Positions 11,114 through 23,583 of a DNA stretch of 64,000 nt are shown here, one piece after another. This DNA comes from Squalus acanthias (lineage: Eukaryota). The translations under genes were made by a program, and so were the position numbers. The notes beneath the pieces are model-generated. The model was not told where the DNA came from, did no database searches, and saw only the letters and a list, made by a program, of their open reading frames with translations. Each line of letters begins with the position of its first letter. The stretch's first letter is position 1. Location of the stretch: positions 166,224,001 through 166,288,000 of the forward strand of contig CM059425.1 of NCBI GenBank assembly GCA_030390025.1. The letters run 5' to 3'.

Positions 11114-13302
11114 GGGCTGGATTTTGTCTTTGGGGGCGGGTCAGGTGGTCAGCGGGTCCAGACCCCGCCTCCGATGTGAATGTCACAAAAACTGCCTGTG
11201 CCACTGGGTGTAAGTGGCCGCCGAAAATGGTGGCGCTGGGGACTAATTAACACTAGCCCAGTGCTAAATTCAATGTACAATGCCATCCTGGTGGCGTTCG
11301 TCCCGGTAGGAGGCTCCAATGTAGCATGGTTGTAGCGTCATTGCAGCTAAAACAGTCTGCTCTGAAAGCAAGGCTGTCATTTCAGAAAGCAGTGTCAGTT
11401 TCTTAAAGGGGAACGGCCTTCTGAAATGAAAAAATGTAAAAATCATGTGAAAATAGGCAGTTTTTAAGACCTTACAGCTCAATGACCTTCTAAAAAAAAA
11501 CATTAAAAAGAATTCCCAAATGGGAGTCTTCAGCTCTTAAAGCCGAATTGCCTTACGCACCTAAAAAAAAAAAATGGGAAAAGTGCTTCAGTACTAACAC
11601 AAAGGGCTCAGCTAGCCAGGGAAGGGCACCCAGGGTCTCACACGCAACACTCTAGCTTTGTGCAGGGGGTCAACACTGCAAGAGAGGTCCTCTACCCACA
11701 GTGGCCAGGAGGCCCTCCAGAAGGAACCATGTGGGACCACATTACCGAGGCCGTTACTGCCAGCAGTTGCCCCCACGACTTGGCTCCAGTGCCCTCAGAC
11801 CAGTGGTCAAGGTTGGTGAACGTATCTTCAAAAGTCGTTTCCTATCAACTGTACCACTAACCTCACACACTTCACAATGCACGACTCTCCCCCCCCCCCC
11901 TCCCAATCACTCACCTACCAACAATCAGTACCAAACACGAGGCACACCTCCCATTCCTAGCTTCACCTCACCCCCTTGGAGGAGATGGTGCTGGCCATTC
12001 TGGGCAGGGGCATGGCTGAGCTCTTGGCCAGCAGCAGGGCAGAAAGGATACAAGATGCTGGTATCCTCATACTTTATCCTTCTTCTCACATGCAACTCTT
12101 GCTTTCCCACCCTCCCCTCACCACAACTCCACCCTTGTGCCTTCCTCATTCCACACACCCAAGAAATCCAGCCTGCCCAGCCATTGGTTGACCAGGAAGA
12201 GGGAGAGGAGAGTGAACAAGAAGAAATACCATCACTCAATTCCACATTCCCAGCCACCAGCTCCTTAAGGCCATCTGCAGTGTCCCCCACTGAAAGTCAG
12301 CAGCCTTCCACCAGCTATGCTGCAGCCACTGGGGTAGCACTGCGTGACATCAGTAGGATAGGCAAAGGCACACACAAGACAGTCACTAAGGGAATGCACA
12401 AGGGTGATGAATTGATTTCTTGATATCATATTGGATGGATAGATAAAGTTGGATTGGAAAGTTTGCTTTGTGGTGGCTTTTATTTCAGCATTGTGGCCTA
12501 GAGGACACTGTGATGGTCAGTAACAGAGAAGGTGTGGGAGAAATGTTGAAAGGGGAATTGGGTTTGTGTTCACTGGTACCACAGGTGGATGATTCCATCC
12601 TAGATATCCTGGCCAGAAAGGGGCTGTCTGGATTGCATCCTTCCTTCTGCTTCCTCCTCTTCTGCTTACTCTTCTTCCCTCTGCGAGTGGATGCTGTAAA
12701 TCTGAAATAAGAGCAGAAAATGCTGGAAATACTCAGCAGGTCAGGCAGCATCTCGACTTGAGACGTGAACTCTGTTTCTCTCTCCACGGATGCTGCCTGA
12801 CATGCTGAGTATTTCCTGCATTTTCTGTCTTCTCAGAGGCCTCCCTTTACCATCGAGGGCTTGCAAGCATCCAGCAGCACTCCATACATCTTTAAAAACT
12901 TTTAACATGAATTGCACCAAGCTACTACTTCAATAAAATGTAAAAAATCCAGTCCAAAAGCTTAAATGCAAGCTTGCTTGAAAGATGTGTGTGGCCCTTT
13001 AGGAAGTGTTGACAACGTTTCTGTCAGTCTGCTGCACACTCGCTTTTCAGAGTGAGCTTAGGACCCAACGCTGAACTCAGCACTAAGGTCCAAGTTTGCA
13101 GAGTGTGACGTTAAGTCGGTGTCGCACGCCGACTGACTTCACGCTCTCCACATTTGCATCTCCAGGGCCAGCGTCGCTATCTGCAGTGCTAAGGCCCTCA
13201 CCAAAATGGTGGCCGCCGAGTCCCACGCCAGAGAAGGGCATTAGAGTGGCAGCCTCCATTTTTTGCCAGGATTGCGGAGGTAAGGTAGGGAATTTCTGGG
13301 CC
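11114..13302 (+). mobile_element. Internally deleted Harbinger derivative, copy 1 of 3
   Basis: Starts GGGCTGGATTTT and ends GAATTTCTGGGCC; body collinear with 50041-52943 and 20535-22100; Myb-like remnants. Confidence 0.8.
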
Positions 13303-14690
13303 TTAGTCTTTTTATGGTGATTATTATAATAATGTGCAAGATTCTTTTTGATGTTCATAGTAGACTTGCTATGTTACCGATTTCATTCACTAACAACTTC
13401 TAATGGTTTATCTTTTAATGTTTTAGGTAGATGAATATTGCAAAGATGTATATGGAGCAGAAAAGCCGTTAAATCAGATACAATACTTTAGTAACTTGGT
13501 GCTTTTAAACAATCTATCCTTCCCAGTATCTTTCTGTGGCCTCCCTTTCTTGCACGATAAATGCCATAAGCATTATGCAAAGTATTTATCAGTAAAAATA
13601 AAATGTCTTTAAAGTTTTTTCAAGTTTTTTCCCCCCCTACCTCAATGCTAATAAAGTATAAGAAAGCACACCTGCTCCTAGATCTTGTCAGGTTCATGAG
13701 AATAAAGCCTACATTATGACGGAAAGCATGCAGTAAGATTCAAAGCATACACTGCAGGTGAAGCTGGAGTGATCTAAACCTCAATCTGTGGTAACAACAA
13801 GCAGTAACGTCAGCGACAACTTTTTCTGAAAAACATCACTGCTTGTTACAGCGAGATTCAACCTAAATTCTCAATCTACCACCAGTCTCTCAGTGTGTGT
13901 ACTACAAGGAATGACACGAATACACCACAAACATTGATGCCAAATTTTTGTAATTGAAAAATAAATCACTGCACTGATTTTCATTTGGAGCATAGCATTA
14001 TTTTTCATGGATATAATGCGGGCCTGTGTGCCTCTGACAGAATGATTCAAAGACTGCAAGCTGCGTCTAGCTTTAGAATAGTTGTGCTTCATTTTGTGTT
14101 TAATTTTTGATGTAAAACTGTCGGAGGTAACGCACATCTGCTTCGTAGGATGTGGTTTGAAGTGTTAGTGGTACCTTGAACAGGTTATCTGGCTCTCTGA
14201 ATCGAAGACAAAGAAATGATAATGTGGTGGCGTCATCAATTTCACTGAATTTGCAGGTGAGTGATATATTTTCTTAACTTGTTTCAATCAAACTGTAATT
14301 AAAATAATAGATCTCCCTCGCTTTCTCCTGAAGAGTTGAAAGCTTTGTCTTATAAAAGGGTTACAAGTCCTCCCCCACCCCCAACAAATTATTTTCAGGT
14401 TTTGAAGATTCTACTTGTTGAACAACTTGGGGGGTGGTGCGGGGTGGAAGGTGTAACTTATCTCCCAGCTCTGGCAAGTTTGTGCATCATTATGACTCTA
14501 TCTTCGGTAGAATCTTACAACACAGAAGGAGGCCATTCGACCTGTTGTGCCTGTGCCGGCTCTTTGAAAGAGCTGTCCAATTTAGTCCCACACCCCAGCC
14601 TTTTCCCCATAGCCCTGCAAATTAGTCCTCTTCAAGTACATAAATCTTGCGTTCGTTTCTTTCACTGCTTTGCCATTACATCTGCTCTTA

Positions 14691-15122
14691 AACATAGAAA
14701 CATAGAAACATAGAATCTAGGAGCAGGAGTAGGCCATTCGGCCCGTCGAGCCTGCTCCGCCATTCAATACGATCATGGCTGATCATCCAAATCCAGTACC
14801 CTGTCCCTGCTTTAATCCCCACAGTACACATATCCCACCCTACCCCCGTAACCCCACGTATTTAATTCCCCCTAACATATCCCATCCTATCCCCATAACC
14901 CCACATATTTAATCCCCCCTAACACTAAGGGTCAATTTATCATAGCCAAATCAACCTAACCCACACATTTTTGGACTGTGGGAGGAAACCGGAGCACCCG
15001 GAGGAAACCCACGCAGACACGGGGAGAATGTGCAAACTCCACACAGACAGTCACCCGAGGTCAGATTCGAACCCGGGTCTCTGGCGCTGTGAGGCACCAG
15101 TGCTAACCACTATGCCACCGTG
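14691..15122 (-). mobile_element. HE1 (V-SINE) tRNA-derived SINE with appended CR1-type tail
   Basis: Pol III A/B boxes, V-domain GTGTGGAGTTTGCACATTCTCCCCGTGTCTGCGTGGGTTTCCTCCGGGTGCTCCGG; (TTTCTATG)n tail. Confidence 0.9.
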
Positions 15123-15597
15123 TTCAGTCAGCCTGTTTGAGCTAATTCCCACTTCCCTGACTAGTTACTCAGGATTACCATATGTGGACTTTATTCATTT
15201 TTGGGATTAATTTCCTCTGGTTAAAGTTCAAGTAATGCCCCTTAGCAAATGATAAGTTAATTTTAGTGAATTCAAGTTCCTACTCACCTTGTAGCAAGCA
15301 GTTTTCTTTTGACAAACTACTTTCTGAAAAAGGAAAAATAAGCAGGGGTTCTGCTGAAGGAGATAAGTAAAGCACTTTACAGCCAATGAAGTACTTTTGA
15401 AGTGTAGTCACTGTTGTAATGTAGGAAATGCAGCAGCCCATTTGTGCACAGCAAGGTCCCACACACAATGTAATAATGACGGAATGCAGGAATGAGACTC
15501 CACAGTTGCAATTGTTCTCTTTCTGGGCCATAGAGCTTCAATGGCATTGCTGGAATATAAATCTCAGCATTAAAAGGATCCTTATGTTGTTAAGTAC

Positions 15598-15845
15598 AAG
15601 CCCAGCTTTCTGCGGAGAGTTTAATTGCAATTAATGCGCAAATGCAGCAATTTCTTGAAACTCATGGGGAGGTTGCTGGCAAGCCCCCATTTTCGCGTGG
15701 TGGAGCTGCACAAATCGTCCAGCATTTGCGGCGATTCACAACTCATGCGGTTATCTCTTCCTCGCCAAAGATTGTTGGGTGATTTACACACCAATAACAG
15801 CATGCGCATTAAACTCATTGTTATTTTGCCAGCAAATTCTGGCCC
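15598..15845. mobile_element. Decayed Harbinger-type MITE
   Basis: Right end GCAAATTCTGGCCC resembles other TIRs in the window; left end uncertain. Confidence 0.4.
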
Positions 15846-18159
15846 ATTATTTGTCAACAGTTTAAAACAATTACATGCATAATTGCAGATTGGTTCATGC
15901 ATTAAGTCTCCACATTATGTTCATGTAATGAGAAAATAACCAACTCATCTGAATTCTAAGGTTTATAACTAATAATAACATAGTTTGGAAAATACAGTGC
16001 AAATTAAATGGGACAATTAAAATAACACTGACACAAATTAAACTACAATGATTTTTAGCAATAATTTAAAAAACTTTGAATTTGGAAGTGAATAAAATTG
16101 GTTCGATTGAAGTTTAATTCCACATCATCAGATTCTTCTCCCTACATGTTGTAATTTCTCAATGAAGGCCAATGTGAAATCGGGTTGCGATTGTATGCCC
16201 ATCAGACCCATTGCATAAACCTATGGCATGATTTATATTTGTAAAATATTACAAGCCTAGTAAAAATAATTATGAGACCATTGAACCGCGTTAATTTTGG
16301 GTTGAATCACTCGTAGTGAGACTAGATTAATTTCCAAAGCACATCGGTGGAGAGCAAGGTGGAATTCTTTATTTATTCGCCCACTATATTTACACAGAGC
16401 TCATTGTATTCAGTGCAGTTATGTTCACATTCAATGACTTTCTCACCTACTGTTTTCTAATCATCCAACATGATGATGGTTCGTCACCACCACATTTTTT
16501 TCAATAATGGCATTTTTGAAGTTTATAAACAATAAGAGAATCACATAGAAATGTTTATCTGAACTCGGATCAAAGACAGTCCATGAGAAGTTAATGTATA
16601 TAGTGAATGAAGATAGGTGGGGGGACATGTGATGATGGGAAAGCAGGTAATCTTCCCAAACCATTTGCAGTCTTATCATAACTACTCAAAAAATTTGCAT
16701 TAACTTATCTTTCTTTCTATGTTATATTCATTTTGTTGTACTCGATTTAAATGACAAAATTGTTACTTTGCTAATGATGCTTTACTTCCTGGTATGTGGT
16801 GCTTTATAATTTGTAAACCAGATGTGAATTGCCACATGGAGTAACGTATCTGGTTGCAGGTGTGGACAAATAAACCTGTGTCTCTATCCAAGATTAAGAA
16901 GTTGCTTTACTGGAACGAAAACCACAGTTAGTATTTAATTTCCTTTTGGCTTAAATCCTTGATTGTTTAACATTGTGATACTTGGAGTAACACGTGTGCA
17001 AGAGACACGCGCTATGTGATTGTTCCAAAAGTTACTGCTGTCGACATTTATTTCATATTAATATATTACCCATGTTATCAAGATGACGGATTCTTTTCCC
17101 TTCCTAGCTCAAAGCACCAAGGCTAATTGCAGTGGCTCTGCTACCTCTCTAGCTGAGATAAGCTAATGCAGCACAGACCAGGGATTAAACAACACCCTTC
17201 TTGGTTTGTAAAGCTCAGTTGCCCACTGGACAACACATTTCCCAATCGAACTATCGGGAAGCTATCTTCCTGTAGTTTGATTGGCTATTACTTCTGTAAA
17301 CTTTTGCAGTTTCTCACATGTTGAAACTTGAATTGGGAAGGGGAAAAGGCCCATATTTGCTTGATATGGACTAGTTTTCTACCAAAGGTTATACATGAGC
17401 AATTACTTCTCAAGTTGTTTAAGTCAATCAATTTTTAATCTCATTTAATCTAAACATCTTAAAAAAAAAAACCAGACTATTCCAATAACAGTTTCAATGC
17501 CAATTGGCAATTATACATTATGGTAGGTTTACTAAAAGCTTAATTTGGAAATACAGGACCTATGGGTAAATCTTGACTTTCTTTGTTTACATGGAACTAT
17601 TGTGCATAAGTATTGCATACTCCACAGCTGGAGTCTTTCCATCAGTTATACCACTTAAGCGCCAATTTAGCTGCTTGAGAAAAGTGGAACAAACATTATT
17701 ACAGGTTGATTGGCATGCTTTTGTCATTCTCAAAGAATTTGTGCTTCAGAAAATTGTGCTCAGTTGCCATTTTGAGTGGGATCAAATGGGGTTATTAACC
17801 TTTTCTCTGCAAAAAAGGAAAATGTGCTCAATAGAATGAGAAAAGGCCATTTGCTCACTAAGTTCATCCTTTTCCCAAACCATGTGCAATTTGCCCAATC
17901 ATGGACTCTACCAAATTCCTTTACTCACTCAAGAGAGGTGACCATCCATAGATAAACCTAACTGTCAAAGGTAATCAAGAAAAACTCCAGAATATTAGTC
18001 TAACATATTAATCAATATTATTCCACCCTAACCAATTGCATTCCATAGATAACACCTCCATGGTCCCAGCAGCATCGAGACATAGAATTATTTAGCCTAT
18101 ATTTTCTAATTTGGCAAAGTTAAAATCATTTTCGATGTGGGCAGAAAACTGCCGGTTAC

Positions 18160-18605
18160 GATCCATATCCTTTAATACCTTTGGTTAACAAAAATCTATC
18201 AATCTCAGATTCGATATTAACAACTGATCTAGCATCAATTGCCGTTTGTGAAAGAGAGTTCCAAATTTCTACCACCCTTTGCATGTAGAAGTGTTTTCTA
18301 ACTTCACTTCTGAAAGGTCTGGCTCTAATATTTAAGCTATGTACCCTCGTCCAGGACTCCCCAACCAGCGGAAATAGTTTCTCTATCTACCTTATCAGTT
18401 CCGCTTAATATCCCGAAAACTTCAATCAGATCAGAGGATCAAAGAGATATTCAAATACGTAAATCTTTAAAAATAAGAGGACAAGTTGCATGATGGATAT
18501 TGAGTACAAAAGCTAAGAGGCAATGCTAACCCTATAAAAATCAGTGGTTAGGCCAGTCAGAATATTGCTGTCCAGTTTTGGTTGTCCTACTTTAGGAAGG
18601 ATATT
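18160..18605. mobile_element. CR1 fragments (minus strand about 18160-18430, then plus strand)
   Basis: Similarity to CR1 ORF2 3' regions elsewhere in the window. Confidence 0.6.
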
Positions 18606-19914
18606 TCCAGAGGCCTACCTGTGTCTTAGGATCCTGGGACTCACTTTTTCCCTTTATCTGCAGCTTAATTTCTTCACCTAGATTTTGATGCCTCTTTCTT
18701 TGGCTTGCAGTTGGGCTCAATCGCGCGCATAACTTGGGGCCCTATTCCCCACGCATTAATCTTTCACAAATCCTTGCAATTTTTTTTCTTTCTCTCTGTC
18801 TTCCTCTGTTCTCAATTGTGCTCCTCAGAGCCAAACATTCATATTTCTTCTGTAGGTTCTTTCACTTCAGCTTTTTCCAATTAAGCCTAATTGCACATGC
18901 ACAATCAAGCCTGACCTATGGTACCTTTTATGGTTATGTCGATCTCCCTGCAGAACAATTCTTGAAAAATCCAGATGGCAGCTATTGTACACAAGCACAG
19001 AGGAAAACTCTAAGACACTGAAGCTTAGAAATGACTGTTACTGATATTAATGGATGAATGCTTTAAGTGTTCACGTGACATTCTTTTGCCTGCTACTTCA
19101 GTAGATGCATTAACCCATTTAAAATAAATGGATTAACATCTGCATTAAAGCAGCGGATCGAGGAATGTCGTTAGAATGTGTTAAGCATTCATGCGTTAAT
19201 GCTGTCAGCAGTAATTTCTAGGTTTATATTGAGGGAAATAGGACCATTTAACAATGCTTCATGAAGCAGAATTGAAGCAATATAATAAGATAAACAGGCA
19301 GCAGCGATGAGAACAGAAACATAGGGGATGAAATTGGTCTTGGGCGAGATCAAATTTCAGTATAATCAGATTTTTCTCACTATTTTTGTAATTGAATCCA
19401 GTGACATGAAATTCTAATAGGTTATTGTTTTATAACAGAAGGTAGATTATGAACTCTTGTACTATAATGTACAGACATTATAATTTATGTTTGAGCAGAT
19501 ATAAAACATTCATGGGGTTGAGACAATGTCAAACTGAGAGTAAAGTTAACCAAACCAAAAATAGTTTTTGTTATAATATAAACAAATGTCAAAAACATTG
19601 TGATGTTACATTCCATTTCCTGAATGTATTTGCTTCCAATGAAGCTGTGCTTTCTTTTTAATGTTGTGTTCAGTCATGGTGTTGTGAGAGAATCCTTTGA
19701 TGTTACGTGCAAAGGTCTGTTGTACCCAGCAATAAGTTTCGATATCATGTGACAGGAAAAGGATTTTTTTTTAAATCAGATGATTACTATTTGATCTCCT
19801 ATGGTGTTGCTCATGGTAGGTCAGGGAATATGGTCACTCTTACCTGTCTCATGTCTTTGTGCTGCTGATTCTTTGTCTCACCTATTCTGCTTCTTTCTCA
19901 CTCTTGCTCCTCTT

Positions 19915-20534
19915 TCAAGAGGATTTGAGTATAAGAGTCAAGACATCTTACTGCAATTATATAGGGCCCTGCTGAGACCACACCTGGAGTATTGTGTACA
20001 GTTTTGGTCTCCTTACCTAAGGAAGGATATACTTGCCATAGAGGGAGTGCAACAAAGGTTCACCAGACTGATTCCTGGAATGGGGGGATTGTCCTATGAG
20101 GAGAGATTGAGTAGACTAGGCCTATATTCTCTGGAGTTTAGAAGAATGAGAGGTGATCTCATTGAAACATACAAAATTCTTACAGGGCTTGACAGGGTAG
20201 ATGCAGGGAGGATGTTTCCCCTGGCTGGGGAGTCTAGAACCAGGGGTCACAGTCTCAGAATAAGGGGTCGGCTATTTAGGACTGAGATGAGGAGAAATGT
20301 CTTCACTCAGAGGGTGGTGAATCTTTGGAATTCTCTACCCCAGAAGACTGTGGAGGCTCAGTTATTGAGTATATTCAAGACAGAGATCGATAGATTTTTG
20401 CCTATTAAGGGAATCAAGGGATATGTGGATAGCGCAGGAAAGTGGAGATGAGGTAGAAGATCAGCCATGATCTTATTGAATGGCGGATCAGGCTCGAAGG
20501 GCCAAATGGCCTGCTCCATGTTCTTATGTTCTTA
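19915..20534 (+). mobile_element. CR1 LINE 3' fragment
   Basis: RPHLEYCVQFWSPY, RMRGDLIETYK, QRVVNLWNSLP; hairpin 3'UTR and (TTCTTATG)n tail. Confidence 0.92.
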
Positions 20535-22330
20535 TTCTTGGCAGGGGCATGGCTGAGCTGTTGACCAGCGCCGGGGCAGAAAGGATACAAGATGCTGGTA
20601 TCCTCATATGTAATCCTCCTTTTCGCATGCACCTCTTGCTTTCCCGCCCTCCTCTCACCACAACATCACCCTTGTGCCTTCCTCATTTCACAAACCCAAG
20701 AAATGCAGCCTGCCCAGCCAGTGGTTGACCAAGAAGAGGGAGAAGAGAAGAAGAGGGAGAGGAAGAAGAAAAAAACATCACTCGATGTCACACTCCCAGC
20801 CATCAGCTCCTCAAGATCGTCCTGCAAGGCCATCTGCAGTGTCCCCCACTGAAAGTCAGCAGCCTTCCACCAGCCATGCAGCAGCCACTGGGGTAGCTCT
20901 ACATGACATCAGTAGGATAGGCAAAGGCACACACAAGACAGTCACTAAGAGAATGCATAAGAGTGATGAGTTGTTTTCTTGATGTCATATTGGATGGATA
21001 GATGTGTATATAGTTGGATTAGAAAGTTTTCTTTGTGGTGGCTTTTATTTCAGCACTATGGCCAAGAGGACGCTGTGGTGGTCAGTAACAGAGGGAAGTG
21101 GTTATAGTGGTTAGCACTGGTGCCTCACAGCGCCAGGGACCTGGGTTCGAATCTGGCCTCGGGTGACTGTCTGTGTGGAGTTTGCACATTCTCCCCGTGT
21201 CTGCGTGGGTTTCATCCGGGTGCTCCGGTTTCCTCCCACAGTCCAAAAATGTGCGGGTTAGGTTGATTTGGCTATGATAAATTGACCCTTAGGGGGGGAT
21301 TAAATATGTGGGGTTATAGGGATAGGATGGGATATGTTAGGGGGAATTAAATACGTGGGGTTATGGGGATAGGGTGGGATATGTGTCGGTGCAGGCTCGA
21401 TGGGGATTCTGTGTGAGAAAGCAGGGACAGGGTACTGGATTTGGATGATCAGCCATGATCATATTGAATGGTGGAGCAGGCTCGACGGGCCGAATGGCCT
21501 ACTCCTGCTCCTAGTTTCTATGTTTCTATGAAGGTAAGGTGTGGGGCTAATGTTGAAAGAGGAATTGGAGTTGTGGTCATTGTGACTGCAGGTGGATGAT
21601 CCCATCCCGGATATCCCAGCCAGAAAGGGGCTTTCTGGGTTGCATCCTTCCTTCTGATTCCTCCTGTTATGTTTCCTCCTCTTCTGTGTCTTCCTCTTCC
21701 CTCTATGAGCAAATACTATAAATCTGAAATAAAAGCATAAAATGCTGGAAATACTCAGCAGGTCAGGTGGCATCTTGACCTGAGACGTAAACTCTGTTTC
21801 TTTCTCCACGGATGTTGACTGACCCGTTGAGTATTTGCAGCATTTTCTGTCTTCTCGGAGGCCTTCCTTTACCATCCAAGGCCTTGCAAGCGTCCAGCAG
21901 CACTCACTACACACTTACATTTTTTTTAAACATCTATTGCAGCAAGCTACTACTTCAGTAAAATAAAAACCCAGGCCAAAAACTTAAATGCAAACTTACC
22001 TGAAAGATGTGTGTGTCCATTTAAGAGATGCTGACAGCACCTCTGAGTCTGCTTGCACGCTGGGTTTACCTGGCATGCTTAGGACCCAGCGCTGAACTCA
22101 GCGCTTGGGTCGAAGTTCACTGTGGTGATGTTTAGTCGGTGTTGCACGCCGACTGACGTCACTACTCTGTCATTTTTCTTTGCAGGGCGATACTTCATAG
22201 TGGCAGTGGTACCGGGACTTCAAAAATGGAGGACACTGCGAGACCCACAAACAGCTGGCGGAGTAGCGGCGCCTGCCGCTTTCTCGGCATTACGCCGCGC
22301 TAACGGGTGGCGCAAACCACCCGAATTTCT
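20535..22330 (+). mobile_element. Harbinger derivative copy 2 (left part absent), containing an HE1 SINE
   Basis: Collinear with about 11997-13150; right end approximate. Confidence 0.75.
21098..21530 (+). mobile_element. HE1 SINE with appended CR1-type tail
   Basis: B box GGTTCGAATC, V-domain, (TTTCTATG)n tail, possible TSD GAAG. Confidence 0.9.
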
Positions 22331-22936
22331 AAGTGTTCTGCAGACAGGATCTGGGCCCATGAGCCATTTTTTCCGTCACCCTTACGCAATGCTTAAAAAT
22401 CCCCTGCTCTTTTTTAAACTATCGTGGTAACTAAGGGCCCTGAAAATGTTTCCTCCGCCGATCCTCCTCCTCCTCATCTCCGTTCCTATCGGTTTCTCTC
22501 TGGCTTTGTTTGCTTTCAAAATTCAACTTGAAAAAAAGTGGAATGAGGAAAAACTGCATGCCTACATTTCTTTCTATTGTGGCTTTTGCTTGGTCTCTCT
22601 GTCTTATAGGTATTAGGAATTAGAATCGCTATCACACAGGTGTACACAATTCGCATTTACGTTTGCCATCAACAGAACACAGCTGGAGATAATTAGCTGC
22701 AGCTAAAATTCAACTGGAGTTTTGCTTTTCGATAATTGAAGTAACCAAAATGGAGAAAGATATTATCTCTCCCCCTCTAACTTTCTTTCTCTTTGACCTC
22801 AGTCTCTCTCTCTTATCTCACACTTTCTTTGACTCCAATATCTCTCTCTCTCGCTGTTTAATACACTTTATAGAACCAAAAATAAAAGCTACAACAGACG
22901 TGTCATCAGAACACTCATTTTTTTCACACTCACATA

Positions 22937-23520
22937 AGAACAGCTCAGCCATGCCCCTGCCAAGAATAAGAACATAACAAATAGGAGCAGGAGTGGGCCA
23001 TTTGGCCCCTTGAGCCTGCTCCACCATTCAGTAAGATCATGGCTGATCTTCTACTTCAACTCCACTTTCCTGCACTATCCCCATATCCCTTGATTCCATT
23101 AATATCCAAAAATCTATCGATCTCGGTCTTGAATATACTCAATGACGGAACTGCCACAGCCCTCTGGGGTAGAGAATTCCAAAGATTCACCACCCTCTGG
23201 GTGAAGACATTTCTCCTCATCTCAGTCCTAAATGGCCGACCCCTTATTCTGAGACTGTGACCCCTGGTTCTAGACTCCCCAGCCAGGTGAAACATCCTCC
23301 CTGCATCTACCCTGTCAAGCCCTGTAAGAATTTTGTATGTTTCAATGAGATCACCTCTCATTCTTCTAAGCTCGAGAGAATATAGGCCTAGTCTACTCAA
23401 TTTCTCCTCATAGGACAATCCCCCCATCCCAGGAATCAGTCTGGTGAACCTTCGTTGCACTCCCTCTATGGCAAGTATATCCTTCCTTAGGTAAGGAGAC
23501 CAAAACTGTACACAATACTC
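22937..23520 (-). mobile_element. CR1 3' fragment carrying 28 nt of extra 3' flank
   Basis: ORF 23056-23550 CR1 motifs; 9-bp TSD ACTCACATA at 22928-22936 and 23517-23525. Confidence 0.9.
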
Positions 23521-23583
23521 ACATACACATACAAATATGTTTACATACAACTGTTATTTTTAAAAACACTTAATAAACATTCT

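Noticed and set aside
19801..19915. Hydrophobic leader fused to CR1 ORF as a novel membrane protein
   Set aside because: Chance open frame in pyrimidine-rich flank ahead of a truncated CR1
21098..21160. tRNA genes (also near 15060-15122, 54910-54970, 62560-62620)
   Set aside because: These are tRNA-derived SINE heads continuing into SINE bodies
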